Part shown: piece after piece, positions 63,361-64,000 of the stretch
How positions within the stretch are numbered: the first letter of the stretch is position 1
How the letters are laid out: each line of letters starts with the position of its first letter
Assembly: GCA_016432345.1 (NCBI GenBank)
Contig: CP066685.1
Span: 48,236-112,235 of the forward strand
DNA from: Candidatus Levyibacteriota bacterium
Lineage (GTDB): Bacteria > Patescibacteriota > Microgenomatia > Levybacterales > UBA12049
Direction: 5' to 3'
DNA: 64,000 nt
The notes under the pieces: generated by a model
Seen by the model: only the letters and a program-made list of their open reading frames with translations
Databases searched by the model: none
Told to the model about the DNA's origin: nothing
Position numbers and translations under genes: made by a program

Positions 63361-64000
63361 TTAGTTATAAAATCGCGAAACATCCCTCCATCCAATATCT
63401 ATTCGGTAATGGAGGTTATTTCCCTCGATATGAATAAACGACATTGCTCGATATGCTCGACGTCTGGCCTCTATAATATTTTTACCCTTTGCAACTATGT
63501 GGAAAATTCTGCCGCCATTGACAAAAAATCGTTTTCCATTCCGTTTGATACCTGCGCCAAAAATTTTGACATTTTTTAATCTGCTTACTTCGTTAATCCC
63601 AAAAATTTCTTTTCCTTTTACCTCATCGTAGTTATCAGGATATCCAGAAGCGCAAGCTGCAATGCTGATCCGCACTTTTTTACTTGGTGAAATTTTTATT
63701 TGTTTTAATTTTTTATCCAGCACGGTCTCGATAATAGTTATGTAATCTTTTGTTATGCCTGGAAGAATAACTTCTGCTTCCGGATCTCCCCAGCGGGCAT
63801 TAAATTCAACCAGTTTTATGCCATTTTCTGTTAGCATGCCGCCAACATACAATATGCCGCTGTATGGTCTGCCTTCAATCCTCATGCCTTTCATAAATGG
63901 TTTAAGAATATCTCTTTCTGCTTCATGGATAATTTTGTTGGTTATTACTCCTGCCCGGGCAACACAACCCATACCGCCGGTGTTGGGTCCCATATCTTTT
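63361..64000 (-). CDS. purD: Phosphoribosylamine--glycine ligase PurD (N-terminal part outside the window)
   Basis: GPNTGGMG..., ATP-grasp C-terminal half and PurD C domain. The frame is open to the window edge. Confidence 0.85.
   Translation of the reverse strand, partial: KDMGPNTGGMGCVARAGVITNKIIHEAERDILKPFMKGMRIEGRPYSGILYVGGMLTENGIKLVEFNARWGDPEAEVILPGITKDYITIIETVLDKKLKQIKISPSKKVRISIAACASGYPDNYDEVKGKEIFGINEVSRLKNVKIFGAGIKRNGKRFFVNGGRIFHIVAKGKNIIEARRRAYRAMSFIHIEGNNLHYRIDIGWRDVSRFYN

Overview
The window is gene-dense and AT-rich. It has many 4-14 nt gene overlaps and mostly housekeeping content. Gene style suggests a small Patescibacteria/CPR-like (Microgenomates-like) genome; this is inference from content only.

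Described features:
- Ten tRNA genes, including five tRNA-Ser genes, tRNA-Arg(GCG) and tRNA-Ile(UAU).
- An smpB-tmRNA pair. The ORF track mis-reads the tmRNA as a 75-aa ORF.
- Three type II/VII toxin-antitoxin pairs: BrnTA, MNT-HepT and VapBC.
- A dprA-comM-yraN-comFC operon.
- Cell-wall genes: two PBP1A, one class B PBP, murI, murD and a SpoIID-like gene.
- rpiB-rpe, gap, guaB-guaA, and purM-like/purQ/purL/purD.
- An nrdR-nrdJ operon in which NrdJ carries a LAGLIDADG intein. A putative B12 salvage trio follows it.

Accessory or unusual items:
- A roughly 5.6 kb element with a large serine recombinase, bracketed by perfect 95-bp direct repeats that contain a whole tRNA-Ser(UGA).
- A decayed IS481-like element.
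- Three 46-bp direct repeats that partition the toxin-antitoxin cassettes next to a tRNA.
- A dispersed palindromic repeat family built from 7-bp units. Half-copies are embedded in frame in pduO and murD.
- Several unrelated 4 x 7-bp tandem repeats inside housekeeping genes.
- A cobalamin-riboswitch-like leader upstream of an unknown Cys-rich protein.
- An unclassified, highly structured RNA of about 280 nt upstream of an MFS transporter.

No CRISPR array and no rRNA were seen.
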